Source: Bacteroidales bacterium
Lineage (GTDB): Bacteria > Bacteroidota > Bacteroidia > Bacteroidales > ML635J-15
Direction of reading: 5' to 3'
Assembly (NCBI GenBank): GCA_016937855.1
Contig: JAFGVU010000003.1
Span: 50,541 to 114,540 of the forward strand
Length of the DNA: 64,000 nucleotides
Translations under genes and position numbers: made by a program
Shown: one piece after another, positions 48,299 through 56,756 of the stretch
How positions within the stretch are numbered: the stretch's first letter is position 1
How the letters are laid out: each line of letters begins with the position of its first letter
Notes under the pieces: model-generated
What the model saw: only the letters and a program-made list of their open reading frames with translations
The model's database searches: none
Told to the model about the DNA's origin: nothing

Positions 48299-49086
48299 TG
48301 AGTGGTGGATTATATTCAATGGATCAACATGATTTTGATCAAACATTAGACCTTAAAAATGTAAAACCATACGGCGACACAATGAATGATGGTAAAACTC
48401 AACTTAGTTTTACTTTGCCTGTTACTTGTAATGACGAAGCTATCGAAGCAGCTAAACAACTAATGAAAAAAATGGGTTTCGAAAATCCACAAGTTGTTTT
48501 TTACAAAGAGCTTACAAAAGGTTTTACTTTTTTTAATTGTTATGGATCTTGCTCGCATACTGTAGATTTTACTGCTATTAATGTTCCAAAAGTAGAATCA
48601 ACTGTATGGGATATGAAAGAAACCGACATGTTTGTAAAAGAGAATATTGGTCGAAAAATAACCGTTATAGGTGCAAGTACCGGTACTGATGCTCATACTG
48701 TTGGAATTGATGCAATTATGAACATGAAAGGTTATGCCGGGCATTATGGCTTGGAGAGATACGAAATGTTTGAGGCTCTTAATATGGGCTCGCAGGTATT
48801 AAACGAAGATTTTATTGCTAAAGCTATAGAACTCAATGCTGATGCTTTATTGGTTTCACAAACTGTAACACAAAAAGATGTACATATTAAAAATCTTACT
48901 GAGCTTGTCGAAATGCTAGAAGCCGAAGGATTACGCGATAAAGTTATTCTTATTTGTGGCGGTCCACGTATTTCGCACGAGTTAGCAAAAGAACTCGGTT
49001 ATGATGCAGGTTTTAGCATGAATTCTTATGCTAATGATGTTGCAAGTTACATCGCACAGGAATTACATCGAAGACAAAATAAATAA
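48298..49086 (+). CDS. kamE: D-lysine/beta-lysine 5,6-aminomutase beta subunit (B12- and PLP-binding)
   Basis: Its start overlaps the kamD stop (TAATG). B12-binding DxHxxG motif in GASTGTDAHTVGIDAI. Rossmann-like C-terminal half with ILICGGPRISHELAKELGYD. Confidence 0.8.
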   Translation: MSGGLYSMDQHDFDQTLDLKNVKPYGDTMNDGKTQLSFTLPVTCNDEAIEAAKQLMKKMGFENPQVVFYKELTKGFTFFNCYGSCSHTVDFTAINVPKVESTVWDMKETDMFVKENIGRKITVIGASTGTDAHTVGIDAIMNMKGYAGHYGLERYEMFEALNMGSQVLNEDFIAKAIELNADALLVSQTVTQKDVHIKNLTELVEMLEAEGLRDKVILICGGPRISHELAKELGYDAGFSMNSYANDVASYIAQELHRRQNK

Positions 49087-49093
49087 ATATATT

Positions 49094-49756
49094 ATGATGG
49101 ATAAATATCAAATACGCGAGGTTATCGCTAGACGTGTTGCTCTTGAGCTTCAAGACGGAGACGTAGTGAATCTGGGGATTGGATTACCAACTCTGGTTCC
49201 AAATTATTTGCCCAAAGGTATTAAACTTACTCTGCAAAGCGAAAATGGTTTGCTTGGAATGGGGCCTTCGCCAGAACCAGGTAAAGAAGATGATGATATG
49301 GTCAATGCCGGTGGCGGATATATTACTGCATTTGATGGTGCTGCAGCGTTTGACTCTGCAAAGTCATTTGCAATTATTAGGGGCGGACATGTTGACGTAA
49401 CAGTATTAGGTGCAATGCAGGTTGATGTCAATGGAGACCTCGCTAACTGGTCTATCCCCGGAAAATTAACACCGGGTATGGGTGGTGCAATGGATTTGCT
49501 AACAGGTGCTCGTCGTGTTATTTTGGCAATGGAACACACTGCTAAAGGTAGCCATAAAATCCTAAATAAATGCAACTTGCCTCTAACCGCTAAAGGTCAG
49601 GTTAATACAATTGTGACTGAAATGGGAGTGATGGAAATCGAAAATGGTATGATTATCTTAAAAGAGATAAATCCTTTGTTTACCGTTGAGCAAGTGCAGG
49701 AAGCAACTGAAGCTAAACTAATAGTTGCAGAAGATTTGCAGGAAATGAAATCATAA
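49094..49756 (+). CDS. atoA: 3-oxoacid (acetoacetate) CoA-transferase subunit B
   Basis: REVIARRVALELQDGDVVNLGIGLPTLVPNYLP...LQSENGLLGMGP...VNAGG...IRGGHVDVTVLGAMQVD..GDLANW..PGK...GMGGAMDL is collinear with E. coli AtoA, including the catalytic Glu of SENG. The track start 49028 overlaps kamE; the ATG at 49094 is more likely. Confidence 0.85.
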   Translation: MMDKYQIREVIARRVALELQDGDVVNLGIGLPTLVPNYLPKGIKLTLQSENGLLGMGPSPEPGKEDDDMVNAGGGYITAFDGAAAFDSAKSFAIIRGGHVDVTVLGAMQVDVNGDLANWSIPGKLTPGMGGAMDLLTGARRVILAMEHTAKGSHKILNKCNLPLTAKGQVNTIVTEMGVMEIENGMIILKEINPLFTVEQVQEATEAKLIVAEDLQEMKS

Positions 49757-49788
49757 GTTTATAGATGTAATTATAAAAAAAATAAGTT

Positions 49789-50994
49789 ATGAGTAAAGTA
49801 TTTATAGTAGCAGCCAAACGTACTGCAATCGGAAAATTTGGTGGTGCTCTTACAAATTTAAACGCCTCGGAAATTGCAGCCGAAGTAATTAAAAATATTA
49901 TTGCTGAAACAAAGATAGATGCTTCTAAAATTGACGAGGTAATTGTTGGGAATATTCTTTCCGCCGGTCAGGGACAAGGTGTTGCTCGTCAGGCATCAAT
50001 TAAAGGTGGAATTCCAACCGAAGTTCCGGCATACTCGTTAAATATGGTATGTGGTTCTGGTATGAAAGCAATTGCAAATGCTTTTACTTCGATAAAGGCA
50101 GGAGAATCAAAACTCGTTCTTGCAGGTGGAACTGAGAATATGTCCAGTGCACCTTTTTTAATGCCGGGGCAAATCAGATCGGGTTATAAAATGGGAAATA
50201 TATCATCTGTTGACCATATGATTAACGATGGACTATGGGATGCCTTTAATAATTATCACATGGGTATTACTGCCGAAAATATTGCAGAAAAGTATAGTAT
50301 TACCCGCGAAGAACAAGATGGATTTTCAGCTGCATCTCAAACTAAGGCTGCAAATGCACAGGATAATGGTAAATTTAAGAATGAAATAGTTCCGGTAAAC
50401 ATTGTTACTAGAAAAGAAACCATAGTGTTTGATGCAGACGAACATTTAAATAGAGGGACTACTGTCGAAAAACTTGCAAAATTGCGCCCTGCATTTAAAA
50501 AGGATGGAACCGTTACTGCCGGAAATGCTTCTGGCATTAATGATGGAGCTTCTTTTGTTCTTATTGCAGGCGAAGATACAGTAAAAGAACTTGGTCTAAA
50601 ACCATTGGTCGAGATTGTTTCGGTTGGACAAGGTGGAGTTGATCCTTCAATAATGGGAATGGGGCCCGTTCCGGCAATTAAAAGTGCATTGTGCAAAGCA
50701 AGTATGAAACTTACTGATATCGATGTGTTCGAATTAAACGAAGCATTTGCTGCTCAATCATTAGGCGTTATGAAACAGCTTTCCGAAGATCATGGCGTTG
50801 ATGCAAAATTCTTTGAAGAAAGATGCAATAAAAACGGTGGAGCTATAGCGCTTGGACATCCAATCGGTGCATCTGGAAACAGAATTGTAGTATCTCTTAT
50901 TCACGAAATGAAACGCGAAAACGATACATTTGGTCTGGCTTCTTTATGTATTGGAGGCGGAATGGGAACTGCAATTATTTTACGTAATGTATAA
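49789..50994 (+). CDS. Acetyl-CoA C-acetyltransferase (thiolase II)
   Basis: MSKVFIVAAKRTAIGKFGG, active-site NMVCGSGMKA, GHPIGASGNRI and CIGGGMGTA. Length is 401 aa. Confidence 0.92.
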   Translation: MSKVFIVAAKRTAIGKFGGALTNLNASEIAAEVIKNIIAETKIDASKIDEVIVGNILSAGQGQGVARQASIKGGIPTEVPAYSLNMVCGSGMKAIANAFTSIKAGESKLVLAGGTENMSSAPFLMPGQIRSGYKMGNISSVDHMINDGLWDAFNNYHMGITAENIAEKYSITREEQDGFSAASQTKAANAQDNGKFKNEIVPVNIVTRKETIVFDADEHLNRGTTVEKLAKLRPAFKKDGTVTAGNASGINDGASFVLIAGEDTVKELGLKPLVEIVSVGQGGVDPSIMGMGPVPAIKSALCKASMKLTDIDVFELNEAFAAQSLGVMKQLSEDHGVDAKFFEERCNKNGGAIALGHPIGASGNRIVVSLIHEMKRENDTFGLASLCIGGGMGTAIILRNV

Positions 50995-51017
50995 TAGATA
51001 GTATTGTTTTATTATTG

Positions 51018-51048
51018 AAGCATTCTAGATACTAGAGTGCTTTTTTTT
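51018..51048 (+). terminator. Rho-independent terminator after the thiolase gene
   Basis: GCATTCTAG-ATA-CTAGAGTGC (9 bp with one G-U pair) followed by T8. It lies between convergent genes. Confidence 0.7.
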
Positions 51049-51063
51049 AATATACTATCCGCC

Positions 51064-54003
51064 TTACTCCTTAAACTTAACATTAAAGGCATTTCTTCCT
51101 AAAAATGTCCTTACTAATCTAAATCCAACGCAGTCAGAGGGTGTTCCATCCCAATTCTCTTCATTTTGAATTTGAATGAAATATGCCCCGCTTGCCCATG
51201 AACCACCTTTTGTTTTATCCGGAGTTATTATCATCTCAGCAGCATTTCCACAAACATCTAAAAGTCCCCATTCATTTTCGGTAAAGCTGGCAATCAGATT
51301 TGGGCTATTGGGATTATACCAATTACTGTCTGATTTATGTTCAGTGAATTCCGAATTTTGATTTTTAACAATTTCATCAAATACAAGTTTATCTATTTGC
51401 TTTGTTTTACTTGTATCTCCTAAAAGTTTATTCTCCTCCCAAATGTTTGTTCTGAATTTTGCAAGAAAAGAACCTTTATAATTTCTAGTATATGGACCAC
51501 CCCAGGCATAAGGAACACTTTGTAAGCCTCCAGCAGCCATATACTCGTATTCTGCTTCAGTTGGCAACCTAAACTCAACATAGTATTCACTGTCTGAACT
51601 TTTTGGATTAGTCATTTTTGTAAACCAAACAGCAAATAGCTTAGCAGCTTTGTGGCTAATTCCTACAACAGGTTCAAATGCGAAAAACGTAACAGGTATC
51701 TCCTTGATATTGTTATCAGAAATAAACTTTTTGGTAAAAGGTAAATATTTGTAGAGGTCTGTTTTGTCAAATTCTTGATTCAATAATACAGTGTCAGTTT
51801 CAAGATTCATTTTTACTTTCCAAAGTGGATCATTGGGTATGCAAATAGCTAAATCTTCATTCATATTGTTTTCTATCAGATAATTTAAGAATATTAACCA
51901 TGTGAAGTTGCAGACTTCTGTTTGCATAGCCCAGAAACCTTGAACAGTTGTTGTAGAGTCTTTATATTTGAAACTTCCTGGTGGTATAAACTTAAATCCT
52001 TCGGGATCAGGTGTGTAGTTGGGCTTATGTGTTACTTCCAAAAGAGAGTAGTCAATTGAAGGCATATTGCGACCGAGAATCTCTATTTTTCTCATTGCTT
52101 TTTCCTGATCTTTTAGTCTAACTCTTACAACATACCTGAATCCTAGAGTGGAGTGCTGCTCGTCAGGGTTTATAAAACATTTTGCAAAAATTGCATTTGA
52201 TGTATAATATACTTTATCAATTTTGCGATTGTCAAACCAGTTTAGCCCTCTTACCATTTTACCATTATGATTATTTCGAGTGCTATCAAAATATTCCTCA
52301 GTTAATTTTAATATTTTATCGCCAGGATTTTTGCTGGTTTCAAGTAATTCAATATTTTTTTGTCTATATGTTGCCCATGTATTAATATAGTCTTCCTTTA
52401 TCCATTCAGAGACATTGCCATTTAGGTTTTTTATTTCAGTTGAATTCCCTGAAACTATATATCTGTCACTAGTTACAAGTGTTGGCTGTTCGAAATCTAT
52501 TCTATCTCCATTATTTCTATTACCAATACTTCTTGTATAATTAAAGTCATTTTTATAAACAAGATCAAGATCGCAAATAATCCGATCTGAACTAATACCA
52601 ATACCTGCAAATCTTAGAACTTCATCTCCTGCAAGCTCCCATTCGTAATCATGGGGTAAGTCAAAGGTAATATGATATAAAATTCCTTGTTCATCTATTC
52701 TAGTTTGCCACATACATGTCATCCAGTCCAAGTAGGCCAAAGCTTGCCAATAACTAATTCCGACTACTGGATACATATTGTATGCCGGATGAAAAAAATA
52801 ATACTTGTTCATTAATGTTTGATATGTGAGTGTGTAGTCAGCTTCCCAACAATCAGTTTTTGGAAACACATTTAAAGTATTGCTCCCAAATTTTGCTTGA
52901 ATTTCGATATTTGGTTGATGAAAAGTGTAAGTAAAATATCGCATATCATCTTCTGATAATGTGCTATCAATATTGATGTCTTCTTTTCCATTGTATTTTA
53001 ACACATAATATAAAAACTCTTTATATTCAATATTACTGACTTCTGTATTTGAAATGTAAAATGGTTGTAATCTGTTGATGTTTTCAGTGCTCAGTTCTAT
53101 TTTGTTTTCATTAAATAGGTTTTCATTAACATAATATCGTAATCCTTCTGGTAGGGATATTTGAGAGGGCTTTTTCTGAATATCAGTTGGGATTTCTTTG
53201 TGCCTTTTTGCTAATGAAATGTATGTGCAGTTTTCGAATCCTTTCTTGAAGGGAAATCCACAATGTACTGGTAGCATAAAGATGTTTTTGTTAAAGTATT
53301 CTTGTAATGATGAATCTGATTTTTCAGGATCATGCAAAAAGTCATTCCATCGAAAAAATTCTGTTGCATAGGAAGTCAATATTAGCTCTCCTGGATAGAT
53401 ACTAACTTCAGGTTGATCTTTTAGTAGTTCTTTTGCATATTCTGGATCAAAGTCTTCATAATACCAAGAGCCATATTTTGGTGTTATAGTATTCTTTTGC
53501 CATGGACTATCAACATCTTTTGACTCAATATCTCCATCTTTAATTTTAGCAGTGTCTTTTATTGTAATATGTTTTGTTTGAGATTGAATGATTTCTTTTT
53601 TTTCTGTTTTGTCTATTTTTAAAGTATCTGTTATGATTTCTTTAGAGGTATCTTTTAAAATAGTAGGAGGGACTAGGTTAAGATTAGGATTATTTCCTAT
53701 TATTGTTACTGGCTTGTTACTTATCTGATTTATAATAAAAATTATCAAAACTGAAACAACTCCAATAATTAGTAATACTCTTAGGTAATAGGAAACAGAT
53801 TTGCTTTTTGATTGAATTAGTTGTGTTATCTTTTCGTTAACCTTGTGCTCTAAACCTTGTTCCACGGGCATTGACATAACATAATTTGCATTCATAGTGA
53901 CAGATTTTTTAATTTCGACATTAGTTTCAAAATCAGAAACAATAGCTTCTAGAAGGAGGCTTTCAAAAGCATCAGGTATCATATCTTTTTTAGTTCTATT
54001 CAT
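51064..54003 (-). CDS. Membrane-anchored 979-aa protein with two FGE-sulfatase/SUMF1-like domains; candidate anti-sigma/signal-sensing partner of the upstream ECF sigma
   Basis: About 70-aa cytoplasmic N-terminus and a single TM helix (YYLRVLLIIGVVSVLIIFIINQI, aa about 72-93). Two modules carry FGE-family hallmarks. Module 1 has FYISNTEVSNIEYKEFL, YPVVGISYWQALAYLDWM, FDLPHDYEWELAG, NGNVSEWIKEDY and GFRYVVRV. Module 2 has WAMQTEVCNFTW, PVVGISHKAAKLFAVWF, FRLPTEAEYEYMAAGG, GLLDVCGNAAEMI, KGGSWAS and GFRLVRT. Its ATG overlaps the sigma gene stop by 8 nt. Confidence 0.7.
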   Translation of the reverse strand: MNRTKKDMIPDAFESLLLEAIVSDFETNVEIKKSVTMNANYVMSMPVEQGLEHKVNEKITQLIQSKSKSVSYYLRVLLIIGVVSVLIIFIINQISNKPVTIIGNNPNLNLVPPTILKDTSKEIITDTLKIDKTEKKEIIQSQTKHITIKDTAKIKDGDIESKDVDSPWQKNTITPKYGSWYYEDFDPEYAKELLKDQPEVSIYPGELILTSYATEFFRWNDFLHDPEKSDSSLQEYFNKNIFMLPVHCGFPFKKGFENCTYISLAKRHKEIPTDIQKKPSQISLPEGLRYYVNENLFNENKIELSTENINRLQPFYISNTEVSNIEYKEFLYYVLKYNGKEDINIDSTLSEDDMRYFTYTFHQPNIEIQAKFGSNTLNVFPKTDCWEADYTLTYQTLMNKYYFFHPAYNMYPVVGISYWQALAYLDWMTCMWQTRIDEQGILYHITFDLPHDYEWELAGDEVLRFAGIGISSDRIICDLDLVYKNDFNYTRSIGNRNNGDRIDFEQPTLVTSDRYIVSGNSTEIKNLNGNVSEWIKEDYINTWATYRQKNIELLETSKNPGDKILKLTEEYFDSTRNNHNGKMVRGLNWFDNRKIDKVYYTSNAIFAKCFINPDEQHSTLGFRYVVRVRLKDQEKAMRKIEILGRNMPSIDYSLLEVTHKPNYTPDPEGFKFIPPGSFKYKDSTTTVQGFWAMQTEVCNFTWLIFLNYLIENNMNEDLAICIPNDPLWKVKMNLETDTVLLNQEFDKTDLYKYLPFTKKFISDNNIKEIPVTFFAFEPVVGISHKAAKLFAVWFTKMTNPKSSDSEYYVEFRLPTEAEYEYMAAGGLQSVPYAWGGPYTRNYKGSFLAKFRTNIWEENKLLGDTSKTKQIDKLVFDEIVKNQNSEFTEHKSDSNWYNPNSPNLIASFTENEWGLLDVCGNAAEMIITPDKTKGGSWASGAYFIQIQNEENWDGTPSDCVGFRLVRTFLGRNAFNVKFKE

Positions 54004-54508
54004 GATTTACCTCCATTTTTAAAGTCATTTTCTCTGTTATTTTCCTTTTTAATCTTGCGTAATAAACTTTTAACTGGTTTTCGGGTTTGTCAATGTATTT
54101 TGCAATTTCACTATATGGCATCTGTTGAGCCTTTAGTAGTAATAGCATGCGTTCCCAGTCTTCAAGTTTTGCAAGTTCTTCATTGAGAAGCTGCAATTTG
54201 GCTGATTCTGTTTGTTCCTGATCGTCATCAGAAAAAGCAGGATGAAGCTTAATGTTTTCCTCCGGGACAATCTCAATTTGTTTTTTTATATCCCGATAAT
54301 GATTCCTAAGATTATTTAGAAACGACACCAAAACAAAGGATGCAAACTTTTCCTCATTCTTAAAATTGTATTTGTCAATTTGTTTGCTAATCTTTTCATA
54401 TGTCTTATAAATTAATTCCCAGGCTGTATCTTCATCTGTTTGCCAGTTTTTTAACGAATATGCAAGAAGTTGTTTCCCATATCTCAGATAAAAGGATTCA
54501 AGACCCAT
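53996..54508 (-). CDS. ECF-type RNA polymerase sigma-70 family factor
   Basis: Region 2-like (FYLRYGKQLLAYSLKNW...DTAWELIYKTYEKI...FASFVLVSFLNNLRNHYRD) and region 4-like HTH (LEDWERMLLLLKAQQMPYSEIAKYIDKPENQLKVYYARLKRKI). ATG 54508 is preferred; the ORF track extends to TTG 54598. Confidence 0.75.
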   Translation of the reverse strand: MGLESFYLRYGKQLLAYSLKNWQTDEDTAWELIYKTYEKISKQIDKYNFKNEEKFASFVLVSFLNNLRNHYRDIKKQIEIVPEENIKLHPAFSDDDQEQTESAKLQLLNEELAKLEDWERMLLLLKAQQMPYSEIAKYIDKPENQLKVYYARLKRKITEKMTLKMEVNHE

Positions 54509-54749
54509 ATCCGGATTCTCTCTGATTATTATGTGAGTTTCTTTCTGCACTTTAATTCGTTTTTGCCCTCTATTAGTTATAACACATTTAGGTAACAAAA
54601 ATATATTAGTTTTATTATTGGCACTAAAGTATTATGAAATTTTTACCGTTTCCTAACTCAACTCAACCGTTAACTCAAAACCACTTTTAATCAGAGGGTT
54701 TTGGCTATAGTTTTGTTCCTAGTAATTAAAACGTTTAAAAATTATAACT

Positions 54750-55226
54750 ATGGACAAAACAATTTTATTAGCAATCGCAATGCTTTTATCCGGAGTACTA
54801 TTGGCTCAGGAGAACAATTTGCAAGTTGTAGGATCTTCAGGAGCAGATTATGCAACTGATAACTATCAAATTTCGTGGACAATCGGGGAGTCTGTAATAA
54901 GTATGCTCCAATCCGATAACTACATTCTTACTCAGGGGTTTCATCAAACATCGGCTACAATTACCAGAATTGATAATGAAATAGAGAACTCTTTTGACTT
55001 GCAGGTGTTTCCGAATCCAACTACGCGCTTTGTAAATATTCAAGCTGGGGGATATGGACTTACCTGTTATTTATATGATATGTCAGGTAGGTTAATCTAT
55101 CAACAAGAATTTGCAGATAGCGAATTGGTTTTAGACCTATCTTATTATGCAATTGGTACCTATCTGCTAAATCTTACAGATGAATCAGGTAGCTCAGTAG
55201 CAAGATTTAAAATAGTAAAGAAATAA
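54750..55226 (+). CDS. 158-aa T9SS-secreted mini-protein (about 60-aa head plus Por C-terminal domain)
   Basis: Signal peptide MDKTILLAIAMLLSGVLLAQ. Head domain with ISWTIGESVI...LTQGFHQ. CTD LQVFPNPTTRFVNIQA...GTYLLNLTDE...FKIVKK. Confidence 0.65.
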   Translation: MDKTILLAIAMLLSGVLLAQENNLQVVGSSGADYATDNYQISWTIGESVISMLQSDNYILTQGFHQTSATITRIDNEIENSFDLQVFPNPTTRFVNIQAGGYGLTCYLYDMSGRLIYQQEFADSELVLDLSYYAIGTYLLNLTDESGSSVARFKIVKK

Positions 55227-55245
55227 ACATTAAAAAATAGAAATT

Positions 55246-56700
55246 ATGAAAAATCTTATGAAAATTAAAACATTTGTAATTGTATTAGCATTACAATTCA
55301 TTGCATTATTTGCAATATCACAAACAGCAAAGTTTAATTATCAGGCTGTTGTTAGAGATAATTTAGGAAACCCGCTGGTAAATGCAATGGTGGATATTGA
55401 TGTGCGTATCTTACAGGGGGCAGTTGATGGAACAGAAGTTTTTGCAGAAAATCATCAAGCAGAAACAAATGCATTTGGTTTAGTTACATTGCAGGTTGGC
55501 TCTATAGAGGATTTAAGTGTTGTAGATTGGAGTGCCGACACATATTTCTTTGAAGTTACGGTAGATGATGAGTTGATGGGAACAAGCCAGCTTTTAAGCG
55601 TTCCTATGGCTGTGTCTGCAACTTATGCAGAAAATTATGATGAGTCTGACCCTTTGTATTCAATGGCACCTGCAAGCATAATAACAAATGATGACATCAA
55701 CGATTGGTCAGCAGCTTATTCTTGGGGAGATCATTCAGGTTTATACCTACCTTCTGACTATACTCCAGAATTAGAAGAAACAGATCCTTTATATAGTACT
55801 GCTCCTGCAAGTACAATCACAAATGATGATATCAGCGATTGGTCAACAGCTTATTCATGGGGAGATCATAGTGGTTTATATTTACCTTCTGATTATACTC
55901 CTGATTATTCTAACCTTGTTAATCTAACTGATGATCAAGTTATTGCAGGAACAAAGACTTTTACAGGAACTGTTGTAGTGCCAACTCCTGTAAACGAATA
56001 CGATGCAGTACCAAAAGAGTATGTTGATGCGCTTTTAGATAGGTTGCTTGAACTTGAATTAGCAACAGGATTAAAAGTTCAGGATATAGACGGCAATCTA
56101 TATAGTACTGTTACACTCGGAACACAGGTGTGGATGCAGGAAAATTTAAAAACAACTAAGTATCGTAACAATACTGATATTCAATTCATAAATGATAATG
56201 CAACATGGAACTCAAATACAGATGCAGCTTATTGCCAAGCGTATCATGTTCCATCAAACGGAGATATCTATGGTAATCTTTACAATTGGGAAGCAGTTAA
56301 TACAGGTATGCTATGTCCAGAGGGTTGGCATGTCCCAACATCTGTTGAATGGCAGGAGCTGATGACATGGTTAGAAGATAATGGATTTGGTTATGGTGGT
56401 AGCGGTGCCGAGGTTGCTAAATCTTTGTCAAGTCAGGATTACTGGTATTCTGGAGGCACAACTGAGGGTACTGTAGGATGGCAAACACATTTAAATAATA
56501 GCTCAACTTTTGATGCCAGACCTGGAGCATTTATGAGAGGCTTTAATGATACGCCAGGATATGAAGTATATTTTTGGGCATCAAATGAATCAAATGCGAC
56601 TAATGCATATAAAGCTTCATGGACTTATTATAGTACAACTCCAAACCTCGGAACAAGTCAAAAGTTTTATGGCTTTTCTGTCAGGTGTCTAAAAGATTAA
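55246..56700 (+). CDS. Secreted chimera: N-terminal beta-domain, tail-fibre-like repeats/collar motif, and a C-terminal Fibrobacter succinogenes major paralogous (FISUMP) domain
   Basis: Signal peptide, then FNYQAVVRDNLGNPL...HQAETNAFGLVTLQVGS. Two 45-aa tandem repeats (DPLYS.APAS.ITNDDI.DWS.AYSWGDHSGLYLPSDYTP). Tail-fibre collar-like IAGTKTFTGTVVVPTPVNEYDAVPKEYVDAL. FISUMP hallmarks are GTQVWMQENLKTTKY, YGNLYNWEAV, CPEGWHVPTSVEWQEL and GFSVRCLKD. Confidence 0.7.
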   Translation: MKNLMKIKTFVIVLALQFIALFAISQTAKFNYQAVVRDNLGNPLVNAMVDIDVRILQGAVDGTEVFAENHQAETNAFGLVTLQVGSIEDLSVVDWSADTYFFEVTVDDELMGTSQLLSVPMAVSATYAENYDESDPLYSMAPASIITNDDINDWSAAYSWGDHSGLYLPSDYTPELEETDPLYSTAPASTITNDDISDWSTAYSWGDHSGLYLPSDYTPDYSNLVNLTDDQVIAGTKTFTGTVVVPTPVNEYDAVPKEYVDALLDRLLELELATGLKVQDIDGNLYSTVTLGTQVWMQENLKTTKYRNNTDIQFINDNATWNSNTDAAYCQAYHVPSNGDIYGNLYNWEAVNTGMLCPEGWHVPTSVEWQELMTWLEDNGFGYGGSGAEVAKSLSSQDYWYSGGTTEGTVGWQTHLNNSSTFDARPGAFMRGFNDTPGYEVYFWASNESNATNAYKASWTYYSTTPNLGTSQKFYGFSVRCLKD

Positions 56701-56720
56701 TATGTAGGTTTTTTTTAGGG

Positions 56721-56756
56721 AAATGGCTGTCTGTTAAATAGGTGGCCATTTTTTTA
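56721..56756 (+). terminator. Possible terminator between the convergent FISUMP and radical SAM genes
   Basis: AAATGGC-(17-nt loop)-GCCATTT followed by a T run. The loop is long and the stem is only 7 bp. Confidence 0.3.

Noticed and set aside
49028-49093. N-terminal extension of the CoA-transferase beta ORF overlapping kamE by 59 nt.
   Set aside because: The AtoA-homologous sequence begins at MMDKYQIREVIARR (ATG 49094), just after the kamE stop. The extension has no counterpart in AtoA.
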